DNA of 43,735 nucleotides from Methanosarcinales archaeon (GCA_030625165.1 DAOURL010000001.1:1-43735), one strand, 5' to 3'; positions 19,739 through 29,696 are shown, numbered from the stretch's first letter. Program-made: numbers and translations. The notes: generated from the letters alone by a model not told the origin.

Positions 19739-20604
19739 AGTTTTCATATTATCCAGGGTGTGTGATGCACGGAACCGCAGTTGAATTCGGGATGTCCACC
19801 CTGGCAACGTGCGGAACGCTCGGAATCGATATCGTCGAGATACCTGACTGGAACTGCTGCGGAGCGCTGGAGGTATACCCTGATATGTATCTCGAGCTTG
19901 CGTTATCTGCAAGAAATGCGGCTATTGCGGAAGAGACAGGTTTTCCGATGATGACTACCTGTGCGATCTGCTTCCATAATGTATCAAAGGCATATTTTGC
20001 TGTAAACGAGAGCGAAAAAGCAAAGGATATGATAAACGATGCGCTCGGGGATATGAAATACGAGGGAAAAGAGGCGATCAGGCATCTGCTCGATATCCTT
20101 GTATCCGATTATGGTCTTGAGAATATAACAGCAAAGGTCAAGAGATCGCTCGATGGACTAAAAGTAGCACCGTTCTACGGATGTTTGCTGGCAAGACCAA
20201 AGGAGATTGCACGGTTCGATGATCCTGAGAATCCGCAGTTTCTTGACAGACTGATCGATGCTCTCGGAGCTGAGTCGGTGCCATTCGAGCATAAGATGAA
20301 GTGCTGTGGAGGCTCGCTTTTGATGAGCAGGGAGGATCTTGCACATCACCTGTCAAGGGAGATTCTCGAGGAAGCGGTGAACGTCGGCGCAGACTGCCTT
20401 GTGATCACCTGCCCGATGTGCAATGTGCTTCTTGATCTCCAGCAGAAGGAGATCGAGAAACGATACGGCATCACGCTCAACATGCCTGTTCTCTATTTCA
20501 CGCAGTTGATCGGTCTTGCACTCGGACATAAGCCAAAGGAACTCGGACTGGACAAGAACATGGTATCGACTGCGAGCGTTACAAAAAAATTAGGAGTTGG
20601 TTAA
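19735..20604 (+). CDS. hdrB: Heterodisulfide reductase subunit B (second type)
   Basis: YYPGC, WNCCG, CAIC, FYGC, CCGG, CPMC. Confidence 0.92.
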   Translation: MKFSYYPGCVMHGTAVEFGMSTLATCGTLGIDIVEIPDWNCCGALEVYPDMYLELALSARNAAIAEETGFPMMTTCAICFHNVSKAYFAVNESEKAKDMINDALGDMKYEGKEAIRHLLDILVSDYGLENITAKVKRSLDGLKVAPFYGCLLARPKEIARFDDPENPQFLDRLIDALGAESVPFEHKMKCCGGSLLMSREDLAHHLSREILEEAVNVGADCLVITCPMCNVLLDLQQKEIEKRYGITLNMPVLYFTQLIGLALGHKPKELGLDKNMVSTASVTKKLGVG

Positions 20605-23600
20605 GATGATCGGTGCAGTTGCAGTTATAGGAGGGGGGATTGCCGGAATACAGGCATCACTCGATCTCGCAGACAGCGGTTACAAGGTGTATGTAATCGA
20701 GAAGACCCCGAGTCTCGGCGGGATCATGGCACAGCTGGATAAGACCTTCCCGACACAGGATTGCTCGTTGTGCATTCTTTCGCCAAAACTGGTGGAGGCT
20801 GGCAGACATCCGAACATTGAACTTCTCACATACACCGAGGCACTCAAGGTAACAGGTTCTGCTGGCGACTTCAAGGTTACTGTTAAGAAGAAGGCGAGAT
20901 ACGTCGATCTGGATAAGTGCACAGGATGTGGATTGTGCGCTGAGAAATGTCCGAGCAAGGTACTATCCGAGTATGATGCAGGAATCGGCAAGAGAAAGGC
21001 GATCTACATCCCGTTTCCGCAGGCGATGCCGAGAGCGGCAACGATCGATGCCGAGCACTGTCTGTATCTGACGAAAGGGAAGTGCGGCGTCTGCAAGAAA
21101 GTCTGTGATGCAGGTGCGATCGATTACGAACAGAAGGATGAGATTGTCGATCTCAATGTCGGTGCTGTCATACTTGCATGTGGACTGGGTACGTTCGATC
21201 CATCGGTATTGACTCAGTACAAATCCGATCACCCAAACGTGGTCACTGCTCTCCAGATGGAGCGTCTGCTCAGTGCATCAGGACCGACTGGTGGTCATGT
21301 GGAACGCCCGAGCGATGGAAAGACCCCGAAGAAGATCGCTTACATCCAGTGCATCGGATCAAGGGATCAGCACAAGACCAACGAATACTGCTCCTCGGTC
21401 TGTTGCATGTATGCGGTCAAGCAATCGATTGTGGCGCTGGAACATGACCCCAATCTGGATATCACGATATTCAGCATCGATGTGCGCGCGGTCAGTAAGG
21501 GTTTCGAGGAACTGTATCAGAAAGCAAAGAATGAACTTGGCATCCGCTACATCATCTCAAGACCACCAGCAGTCTATGAAACAGATGGAGAATTATGGGT
21601 CAAGTATGAGGATGTGGAGGAGGGCGTGGTCAAGCGCATGGATCTTGACATGGTCATTCTTTCGGTCGGTCTCCAGATCACACCACCGGTCAGAGAACTA
21701 CTGGAATCATCCGGAATCGAACTCGATCGATTCGGGAATGTCGCAACCGCAGAAGAGTCTCCTGTTGAGACGAACATACCGGGCATATTTACGTGCGGCA
21801 CATTGCAGGATCCAAAGGACATTCCGACTTCGGTTGCACAGGCATCCGGAGCTGCTGCAATGGCACATGCCATGCTCACTCCCACGCGTGGAACGATGGT
21901 CACCGAGCTTACATATCCGGAAGAGAGGGATATCGGGGATACCCCAAGAGTTGGCGTCTTTGTGTGCCACTGCGGCATCAACATAGGAGGCGTGGTGGAT
22001 GTGCCAGCAGTCGCTGAATATGCAAAAACGCTTCCGAATGTTGTGTTTGCCGCCGATAACCTGTATATGTGTGCAAGCGATGCCCAGGAAATGCTAAAGG
22101 ATATGATCAGGGAGCATGACTTGAACCGGATTGTGGTTGCATCATGCACTCCAAGAACGCATGAACCGCTCTTCCAGACGACATGCAGGGAGGCAGGGTT
22201 AAATCCGTATCTCTTCGAACTCGCCAATATCAGGGAGCATTGCTCATGGGTTCACCAGAAGGAGCCTGAGCGCGCAACCGAGAAGGCAAAAAAGATCGTC
22301 AGGATGGCGGTTGCAAAAGCGAGTTTGTATGAACCGTTGTACAAGCAGGAGGTTCCGCTCATCCACAATGCAGTAGTCATTGGCGGCGGGGTTGCTGGCA
22401 TGTCCGCAGCAATCGAACTTGCTGAGATGGACTTCCCTGTAACCCTGATTGAGAGAGAAGCAGAACTTGGCGGACTGATGAGACGGGTCACAAAACTCCA
22501 TTACGGAAAGGATGCTGCTGATGTCGTTTCCGAACTTGATTCCAAGGTCAGGTCGCATTCAAACATAACGCTTCATACCCAGTCAAAACTTGCATCACTG
22601 GAAGGGTTCCTTGGAAACTTCAAGGGAACGATCGAAACGCCGGAAGGCGCTATTGAACATGAATTTGGGGTTGCGATCATCGCAACCGGTGGCATGGAAC
22701 TTGTGCCCGACGGATATTATGAGTACGGCAAACCAAACATCGTAACACAACTGGAACTTGAGGAGCGGTTGAAGAGCGGACTCGATGTCAAGAACGTGGT
22801 CATGATCCAGTGCGCTGGAGCCAGAAACGATGTCCGGAGATACTGTTCCAGAATCTGCTGCATCGAGGCTGTCAAGAATGCGATACGCATCAGACAGGAA
22901 AGCGATGCAAACGTATATGTTCTGTACAAGGATATGCGGACTTATGGACGATGGGAGGGCATGTACCAGTATGCAAGGGATCTCGGTGTTGTGTTCATAC
23001 GGAGACCTGATGACAAGGACCCGGTTGTTACGGATAACATGGTGCTCGTGCATGACATGCTACTCGGAAGGGATATCGAGATCGACACCGATCTCATCGT
23101 ACTGAGCGCGCCGCTCGTTGCGCCAGATGATGCAGAGGAGACTGCGATGATGTTCAAGGTTCCGCTCGATGCAAACAAGTTCTTCCTTGAGGCGCATGTG
23201 AAATTAAGACCGATTGATTTTGCTACCGAAGGAGTGTTTCTCTGCGGAAGCGCGCACGGTCCGAAGTTCATCGATGAAGCGATTGCTGATGGGGCTGCTG
23301 TGGCATCGAGAGCTGGCAGGATACTTGCAAGTCCGATGCTTGAGACCGAGGCGATCGCGATGGTGGTGGATGAAACAAAATGCATCGGATGCGGCAGGTG
23401 TGTCGAGGTATGTCCGTACGGTGCTCCAGCACTGCATGATGTCGAGGTTACCGTAGAAGAGGTCACGTACACGACAAAGAAGAGCGAGATCAACCCGGCA
23501 GCATGCAAGGGCTGCGGTACATGCGCAACAGGATGCCCGACAAGTGCGATTACTGCACAGCACTTCACGTTCGATTCCATAACTGCATCGATCAGGGCGT

Positions 23601-23719
23601 TTGGTGGCATCAGCGGTAATGGCGATGGGACTGGTGTTATTACTGCAACTAAGACTGCCAGCGATGTGACAGCTGAGGCTACTGAAACATCTGTTGAGGC
23701 GGCTTCGGAAGTGGCATAG
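20597..23719 (+). CDS. hdrA: Long (double-FAD) HdrA-family protein, 1040 aa
   Basis: Two GGGxAG FAD modules, internal VGVFVCHCG, two ferredoxin pairs; T/A/E-rich tail. Start may be ATG 20606. Confidence 0.92.
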   Translation: MVKMIGAVAVIGGGIAGIQASLDLADSGYKVYVIEKTPSLGGIMAQLDKTFPTQDCSLCILSPKLVEAGRHPNIELLTYTEALKVTGSAGDFKVTVKKKARYVDLDKCTGCGLCAEKCPSKVLSEYDAGIGKRKAIYIPFPQAMPRAATIDAEHCLYLTKGKCGVCKKVCDAGAIDYEQKDEIVDLNVGAVILACGLGTFDPSVLTQYKSDHPNVVTALQMERLLSASGPTGGHVERPSDGKTPKKIAYIQCIGSRDQHKTNEYCSSVCCMYAVKQSIVALEHDPNLDITIFSIDVRAVSKGFEELYQKAKNELGIRYIISRPPAVYETDGELWVKYEDVEEGVVKRMDLDMVILSVGLQITPPVRELLESSGIELDRFGNVATAEESPVETNIPGIFTCGTLQDPKDIPTSVAQASGAAAMAHAMLTPTRGTMVTELTYPEERDIGDTPRVGVFVCHCGINIGGVVDVPAVAEYAKTLPNVVFAADNLYMCASDAQEMLKDMIREHDLNRIVVASCTPRTHEPLFQTTCREAGLNPYLFELANIREHCSWVHQKEPERATEKAKKIVRMAVAKASLYEPLYKQEVPLIHNAVVIGGGVAGMSAAIELAEMDFPVTLIEREAELGGLMRRVTKLHYGKDAADVVSELDSKVRSHSNITLHTQSKLASLEGFLGNFKGTIETPEGAIEHEFGVAIIATGGMELVPDGYYEYGKPNIVTQLELEERLKSGLDVKNVVMIQCAGARNDVRRYCSRICCIEAVKNAIRIRQESDANVYVLYKDMRTYGRWEGMYQYARDLGVVFIRRPDDKDPVVTDNMVLVHDMLLGRDIEIDTDLIVLSAPLVAPDDAEETAMMFKVPLDANKFFLEAHVKLRPIDFATEGVFLCGSAHGPKFIDEAIADGAAVASRAGRILASPMLETEAIAMVVDETKCIGCGRCVEVCPYGAPALHDVEVTVEEVTYTTKKSEINPAACKGCGTCATGCPTSAITAQHFTFDSITASIRAFGGISGNGDGTGVITATKTASDVTAEATETSVEAASEVA

Positions 23720-23747
23720 GTAAATCGAGGTGATGAGACGGATCAAA

Positions 23748-23795
23748 GGGCTTGAATCTCCGGGAGGGAGGTTTGAGCCCACTGCTATTTTTATC
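23748..23795. terminator. Hairpin between convergent hdrA and hdrB
   Basis: GGGCTTGAATCTCC...GGAGGTTTGAGCCC followed by a T-rich tract. Confidence 0.4.
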
Positions 23796-23843
23796 TTATT
23801 ATTTGAGAGATGCAGGCATCTGTCAGCGGCGATCTTCGGTACC

Positions 23844-24788
23844 TCATACGATCTTCTCAATCGTTCTGATGAACTCATCATTCCTGACATAGTTCATGTC
23901 GATACCAAGTTCCTGCGGCGTATATCCCATACCAAGCCCAAGTAGTTGCGAATAATGAATGATTGGCATAACACCCCGCCCTTGCGGGCGGTGGTGTCGA
24001 TGGGTCGCTCTTGGCGATCCATTATTGAAAATATCTCCGAACTTCTTTTCAATATCGATCTGACCAGCATCCATCTGTAGATGGCAGAACGGGCATGAAT
24101 CCACGATGCAGTCAGCGCCGGCATCCCGCGCATGTTCGAGTTTGGCTCTGGTAAAGAGGAGAGACGTATCAAGATCTACAGTCCGCACACCGCCGCCCGC
24201 GCCGCAACATGCATTCTTATCCTTGTACGGAACAGATGTTGCTCCTGTAGCCTCAACAAGTTCATCAAAGAATCTCGGGTTCTCGACACTGCCGAGATGC
24301 CGCTCCTTCGATGGTTTGATCAGATGACAGCCGTAATGCACAGCAACCTTGAGATCGACAGGATACCTGACCGATTCTTTAACCTTCCGGACGCCGATAT
24401 CATCATGCAGATACTCCATGATGTGACGCGCCCGTATCGTACCTTTAAACTCACGTCCGATCTCTGCAAGTGCTTTGTTAACCTCGTTTCGAAGTTCCGG
24501 ATTCTCTTTCAACCTATTGTTTGCATCCGCCAGTGATCCGAAGCAGCCATTGCATACCGTGAGAATATCCACACCCATCTCTTCTGATAACACAATGTTT
24601 CCGGACGCGATTGCAAGCTATATGAGTTCATCGAATGATCTGAAAACTCCAGGTGCCGGACAGCATGATGCTCTTTTGAGTTCCATCAGATGCACGCCGA
24701 GTTCCTCCATCACGAGCTTGGTGGCTTTCTCGATGCCAGGATATCGATTCGGCGCGATGCATCCGAGGAAGAATGATAGTTCGCTCAT
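23844..24788 (-). pseudogene. hdrB: HdrB with an in-frame amber stop and an 18-aa in-frame insertion
   Basis: [20 protein letters not shown]...SFDELI*LAIASGN: TAG at 24618-24620 where the paralog has Trp; insertion at 23971-24024. Confidence 0.8.
23971..24022. mobile_element. 52-bp two-hairpin element, copy A (TA-flanked, in frame within hdrB)
   Basis: 45 of 52 identical to 24797-24848; TA at 23969-23970 and 24023-24024; removing 54 nt restores FN-MPI, matching the paralog's FNLPV. Confidence 0.8.
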
Positions 24789-24796
24789 GATTGGTA

Positions 24797-24848
24797 ATGC
24801 CCTGCCCTTGTGGGCAGTGGTATCGATGGATCGCTCTTGGCGATCCAT
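24797..24848. mobile_element. 52-bp two-hairpin element, copy B (TA-flanked)
   Basis: TA at 24795-24796 and 24849-24850; perfect stem ATGGATCGC-TCTTG-GCGATCCAT. Confidence 0.8.
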
Positions 24849-24850
24849 TA

Positions 24851-25028
24851 CCAGAGATCGAGATGTTCAATGGTTCGTCCCACATTTCAGATTTGCCCTG
24901 GATATACTAGTCCGACTCGCGTTCTGCCATCGCGCGCTCTGGCGCATCCTGTGCAGTAAGCACAGAATCAGTTTTGACACCGGATTATCTGAATGTCATG
25001 CCAAGATCGCTGACCCTGATGATATCAT
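24851..25028 (-). pseudogene. hdrC: Degraded 5' remnant of hdrC
   Basis: ATG overlaps the upstream gene's TGA; fragments DIIRVSDLGMTF (cf. SIIRLNDLDTNF), CAYCTGC..RTR and HLDLW (cf. DELWY) lie in shifting frames with stops. Confidence 0.5.
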
Positions 25029-26077
25029 TCTTTGAGTTTGCGTGCCAGATACACGGCGAGGTCCACAACCTCAAACGGATAATCGCGCCCGTGCTCTGCG
25101 TCCTCTTCCTCCTTGAGGCAGTTTAAGTGCGCAAGACACTTCGGGCAGGACGTGATCAGCACATCCGCACCTGTCGCTTTCGCCTCGTCCATCCGCATGA
25201 CCCGGAGTGCTTTTGTGCAGTCGTTGCAGTTCATCATCGAACTGACGCCGCAGCAGAGCGCGTTCTCCCTGGTGTGCTGCATCTCGACGATGTTTGCGCC
25301 GGTCGCGGCAATCGCCTTTCGTGGGGCATCATACTCGCCTGTGTGGCGTCCGAGTCTGCACGCGTCGTGGATTGCAGCAGTCGCACTGCCGTTCGTGATC
25401 CCGAGATCAGCATCTGCGAGAACCTGACTGATGTGTTTCACCTCGCAATCGAGGTCGTAATCCATCAGAAACGTCCTGTAACACTCCGCACAACTCACAA
25501 CGAGGGTCTCAATTCCGCTCTCGTTGATAAGCTTTGTATTCTCCTCTTTGAGCTTATCGAACGTCTCCTGATTCCCCTGCCAGAGCTGATCATGCCCGCA
25601 GCATTTGAGCTGCATGATCTTTGGGCTGAGCCCTGCTTTCGAGAGGAGCTTTACAGAGGACGTCGCGATCTCTCCAAAATCCACATCCAAGTCAAAGAAC
25701 ATGTCGTGGAAGTCTACACATCCAGGGAAGTATCCGATTCCAGATGCGTCGCCGCCCTCAAGGAGGGTCGTTTTGCTGTTACCAAGCAGCGTCATTAAGT
25801 TTGCCAGTTCTGTAAAGACGCCTTTGTGTGCGATATCTCTGGGCTCCTTCCCGATTCTCTGATCGAGGAAGAAGTCCAGCAACCGCACACCCTGTGGACA
25901 AGTTGTGACGCACTGTCCACAGGTAAGACAATCCCAGACGTCTGTGTCTGTGTCGTAGATGTTTGAGTCGTAGATCGCACCTCTCGGTGAGAATGGTACA
26001 ACCCTACGCACAGGACAGATGGCAGTACAGGCGCCGCACTGGTAACACACTTGAGAATTGTTCGAATTATTGGTCAC
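25025..26077 (-). CDS. HdrD-like Fe-S oxidoreductase (2x[4Fe-4S] plus two CCG domains), paralog of 14583-15740
   Basis: CYQCGACTAICP, CLTCGQCVTTCP, FPGC..CCG..CAEC, HDAC..CCG..CPKC. Confidence 0.85.
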   Translation of the reverse strand: MTNNSNNSQVCYQCGACTAICPVRRVVPFSPRGAIYDSNIYDTDTDVWDCLTCGQCVTTCPQGVRLLDFFLDQRIGKEPRDIAHKGVFTELANLMTLLGNSKTTLLEGGDASGIGYFPGCVDFHDMFFDLDVDFGEIATSSVKLLSKAGLSPKIMQLKCCGHDQLWQGNQETFDKLKEENTKLINESGIETLVVSCAECYRTFLMDYDLDCEVKHISQVLADADLGITNGSATAAIHDACRLGRHTGEYDAPRKAIAATGANIVEMQHTRENALCCGVSSMMNCNDCTKALRVMRMDEAKATGADVLITSCPKCLAHLNCLKEEEDAEHGRDYPFEVVDLAVYLARKLKE

Positions 26078-26202
26078 CGATATTCACCTACTGATCCATT
26101 TGTTAAATCATAACGACCATGAAGTGTTATCCATTACTATCCGAGATGGTTCATGCGAAACAAGGATTTACTCATGGGTAGATATAGTGGATGGCAGGAG
26201 AA

Positions 26203-26217
26203 TATTAAAAGGTTTCG
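26203..26217 (-). promoter_or_regulatory. BRE/TATA promoter for the minus-strand hdrD-like operon
   Basis: Minus strand CGAAACC-TTTTAATA. Confidence 0.5.
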
Positions 26218-26476
26218 GAATGTTGAGGACGTTTCAGATGTCAAGTCTCTCCGGTGCTGAGGATGATGTTGGGTATGGTGATGTTTCATCATATTTCATC
26301 ACGAATTGCGCGAATTTAACGGACAATCGCGAATCCGATAATCGATAGAAATGTCTTTGATTTTCAGATGGTGTCGCGATCTCGATCAAACACCCGGGCA
26401 ATCACGTCGGCGCACCTTAAATAAATTTTAACAGAGGCATAAATACATTTATCCCCCCTCTGCGCCATCACCGATC

Positions 26477-27118
26477 ATGAAGATCGCAGGAATCGATGAA
26501 GCAGGCAAAGGTCCGGTGATCGGACCGATGTGCGTTGCAGGCGTGCTCGTGGAGGAGGAGCGGATGCATCTGATCGATGGACTCGGTCTGAAAGACTCCA
26601 AGAAACTGACTCCAAAAAGACGCGAGTTTTTTGACGGAGAGATCAAGAAAATAGTCGACGGCTGGTTTGTACTGGAGGTGAGCGCACACCAGATCGACGA
26701 ACTGCGCACGGTCATGACGATGAACGAGATTATGGTCAAGGCATTTGCAAGAGTGCTTGAAAACTTAGAACCTGAACACGCATTCCTGGATGCTGCCGAT
26801 GTCAATGAGGCGCGGTTCGGAAGAAACGTGCAGGAGTCATGCAAGCACCATCTCACGGTCACTGCACGACACAAAGCCGATGCGACATACCCGATCGTTG
26901 CCGCAGCATCCATCATCGCAAAGGTGCAGAGGGATCACGCGGTCGAGACGCTTCGGGAGGAGGTCGGGGATTTCGGCAGCGGGTATCCGGCAGACCCAAA
27001 GACCATCCGGTTCATGCGGGAGTGGTTCCGTGAGCACAAGGGTTTTCCGGAGTGGGTGCGGCATTCGTGGAAGACTACAAGAAACGTGGTAGCGGCAGCA
27101 GCGCAGAGGACGCTGTGA
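26477..27118 (+). CDS. rnhB: Ribonuclease HII
   Basis: GIDEAGKGPVIGPM, DSKKL, HKAD, AASIIAK, GSGYPAD, RHSW. Confidence 0.96.
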   Translation: MKIAGIDEAGKGPVIGPMCVAGVLVEEERMHLIDGLGLKDSKKLTPKRREFFDGEIKKIVDGWFVLEVSAHQIDELRTVMTMNEIMVKAFARVLENLEPEHAFLDAADVNEARFGRNVQESCKHHLTVTARHKADATYPIVAAASIIAKVQRDHAVETLREEVGDFGSGYPADPKTIRFMREWFREHKGFPEWVRHSWKTTRNVVAAAAQRTL

Positions 27119-27303
27119 TCGAGACGCTCAATCGTTGCGCGGCACATTAGTATGGCAGTCGAGGTGGTGGCTCTTATGCCGGGCGTCGACATCATGGTGG
27201 GTGTCAGGTTCTTGGATGTTACAGTTGGCGTTGGATGGTCCATTTACGAAATAAACTCTTCCGGATTTGTCTCATGATCCATACTGTCCAATTCATAGCG
27301 GCT

Positions 27304-28037
27304 TTAAGTTTCGACCCAGACGTTGCATATCAGCGCTGCCTGTTCCAGCACGGTCTCTGTCGCCTTCTTCTGCTTGTCCGGAGGGGATACCCGTACTTCC
27401 GAAGTATTCGTTTGACAATCACTCTGAGCTTTGCCTGAACACTCTCTCGCAACGTCCAGTCAATCGTCAGATTGTTGCGAACCGTATCGACAAGCTCTCG
27501 TGCGATCGTTCGAAGCGTCTCATCACCCAGAACTGCAACCGCACTATCATTCACTTCGAGAGCATCATAAAAAGCAAGCTCCTCCTCACTCAGATTCAGT
27601 TTGTCCCCTCTACACCTTGCTTCGCGCATCTCTTTTGCCAGTTCTATCAGTTCCTCTATGATCTAGGCGGTCTCTATACTCTTATTCTGATATCGCTTGA
27701 TCGTCTTTTCCAGCATCTCCGCAAAAGACCTGCTCTCTACCAGATTCGTTCTTGATCTTATCTTTATCTCATCATTGAGGAGTTTCTTGAGGAGTTCGAG
27801 CGCAAGATTCTTATGTGGCATTCCTTTGACTTCTGCCAAAAATTCATCGGAAAGTATCGAGATGTCCGGCTGGGGAAGCCCTGCGGCAGCAAAGATGTCT
27901 ATAACTTTATCCGAGACGATGGCTTTTGATATAATCTGCCTGATCGCAGAATCCAGTTCTTCCGGTGGTCTGTCCGTTGATGCGGTAGTCTTGGCAATAC
28001 CTGCCCTTACAGCCTGAAAGAACCCGAGATCATCTCG
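27304..28037 (-). pseudogene. hsdR: C-terminal fragment (DUF3387 region) of type I restriction subunit HsdR
   Basis: RDDLGFFQAV, PDISILSDEFL, AFYDAL, IDW, LRKYGYP; TAG at 27663-27665 and a frameshift near 27385. Confidence 0.85.
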
Positions 28038-28729
28038 CCGCCGCTGGATCTGTACGGCTTGCCGTCCCGGTTCGGGAACTCGAAATCGACGAACCAGTGC
28101 TTGAAGATCGCCTGCCCGATGGCTTCGAGGGTGGCGTTCATCTGGCGGTTGAGCTCGATTTTGTCGTCGAGGGAGCCGAGGATGGAGGCGATGGCACGCT
28201 GTTCGGGGAGAGGTGGGTGAATGACTTCCACGTTGCTGAGAAGTTTTGTGTTCAGCGACGGCATTGTTGCCCCAACAGCAATTTGGCGGATATGCTCCTT
28301 GAATGCGGGGAGTCCAAAGAACCAAGATAGAAAACATGGATCCACGAGGGTTGGATTCGGTCTAACTCTTAAACAACGTCCTGAGAAAAGCCATCCATCT
28401 TCATCTTTTCTTACGAGTGCGCGTCGATCTACAGAGCCAACTCGGCTGAACACTATGTCACCCACACACAGAGTATAGCGAGTGAGTCGTTCGCGGTCTT
28501 CATCTGATACACGCGGTAAATTTCTGTGGAGTATGTGATTGTCCCCCAAATGTTCTACTGTAATAATTGGCGTTCCTATGACTTTATAATCTCTTTGGTG
28601 CAACTGACTACCAAATGGGCCAGTTTGAACGCCCCTGTCTTGAACGCAGATATTTTTCAGGATTGAAATACTCCAATCCTCGGGAATCTTCCAAATTTCA
28701 GTCTCTTTGAATTTTGTTTTTGGATCCAA
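28007..28729 (-). pseudogene. hsdS: Type I R-M specificity subunit HsdS, N-terminal half only (one target recognition domain)
   Basis: IPEDW, TGPFGS, PPLPEQRAIASILGSLDDKIELN, FKHWFVDF; breaks at GGEMI into hsdR sequence. Confidence 0.8.
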
Positions 28730-28735
28730 AACTAA

Positions 28736-29422
28736 TCACCAAGATATATCATTATCAGCACTTTTAATTATTTTGACTTTTTGAACTGCTTTACTTGTTT
28801 TATATATGTAAAAATTATCATTTCGCTTATTCCAACAATTGAGGATGGGATGATCTTCAAAATTGGGACAACTCTCGAGAGAACCCCATTCAATCACATA
28901 ATTATCTTCAATCTTATATTTGAATAAATCCGCAAAAATTGGATTGTAACCGACTGTTATGATCAAAACAATTTTCAAGGTCTTTTTCGGAATTATTTTG
29001 GTGGTACTGCCTTCCGTTACTTCTTCAAAAAGAGCAAGATGTTTTTCTCTTATTGATTTGGTTCTTAATAGAATCTTCGTTGCTTCTTCTGGGTTTAGAT
29101 GATTTAAACAGCATTTTTCAACTTCTCTTGAACTATTATCAAAATTAAATCGATATTTTATTTCTAATGATTTTGCAATATTTTTCGATTCATTATTTAT
29201 TGCAATATACAGCTTACCAGATTCTAAAACGTCTGATCGATCGGTTACTTCTTTATTTCCTGAAATTATTTTTGTGGTAATTATTGGCTTTCTTGAATCT
29301 CTTAATTGGAGAAAAATGAAGATAACTAAAATTATGTTAACGATCGCAATTATGGTATTGGAATAATTTCCAAACGAGTTTAAGAGATTCATCACAACCG
29401 CTACAATGTTATCAAGAGACAT
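28736..29422 (-). CDS. Hypothetical protein with an N-terminal transmembrane helix (AT-rich R-M cargo)
   Basis: 228-aa ORF; hydrophobic IIAIVNIILVIFIFLQL; strongly AT-rich. Confidence 0.65.
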   Translation of the reverse strand: MSLDNIVAVVMNLLNSFGNYSNTIIAIVNIILVIFIFLQLRDSRKPIITTKIISGNKEVTDRSDVLESGKLYIAINNESKNIAKSLEIKYRFNFDNSSREVEKCCLNHLNPEEATKILLRTKSIREKHLALFEEVTEGSTTKIIPKKTLKIVLIITVGYNPIFADLFKYKIEDNYVIEWGSLESCPNFEDHPILNCWNKRNDNFYIYKTSKAVQKVKIIKSADNDISW

Positions 29423-29427
29423 CTACA

Positions 29428-29640
29428 TCATACCTCGGCCACCCATATTTCATCCCTTCTCTTCTGGCTTATCAATTTCTTCACTTCCCGGTTCAGCTCG
29501 TATTCGGCAATGTGCACACCAATCATCCAGTTCCGTAGCTTCAGACCGCTGTTAACCGCCGGGGTTGCCTTTTTTGCCAGCTCGCCATGGATTCTGGCAA
29601 TGGTCTGGACCAGAGCCTGAAAGTCATTGCACACTCCACG
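29428..29640 (-). pseudogene. N-terminal fragment of a DUF1016/YhcG-like protein
   Basis: FQALVQTIARIH...AVNSGLKLRNWMIGVHIAEYEL resembles the DUF1016 N-terminus, then diverges. Confidence 0.6.
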
Positions 29641-29696
29641 CCCCATACCCCGCTCTCCCGCATCATCGCCCGCTCCGGTCCGGCTCGCCTGCCCCT

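Noticed and set aside
5376..23719. Selenocysteine recoding in HdrA/MvhD
   Set aside because: The frames are open with Cys codons at the motif positions; no in-frame TGA was seen in these genes.
26935..27243. Thr/Pro-rich minus-strand ORF resembling a PGF-CTERM tail
   Set aside because: The motif is too degenerate (TPGI, no clear TM helix) and the ORF overlaps rnhB.
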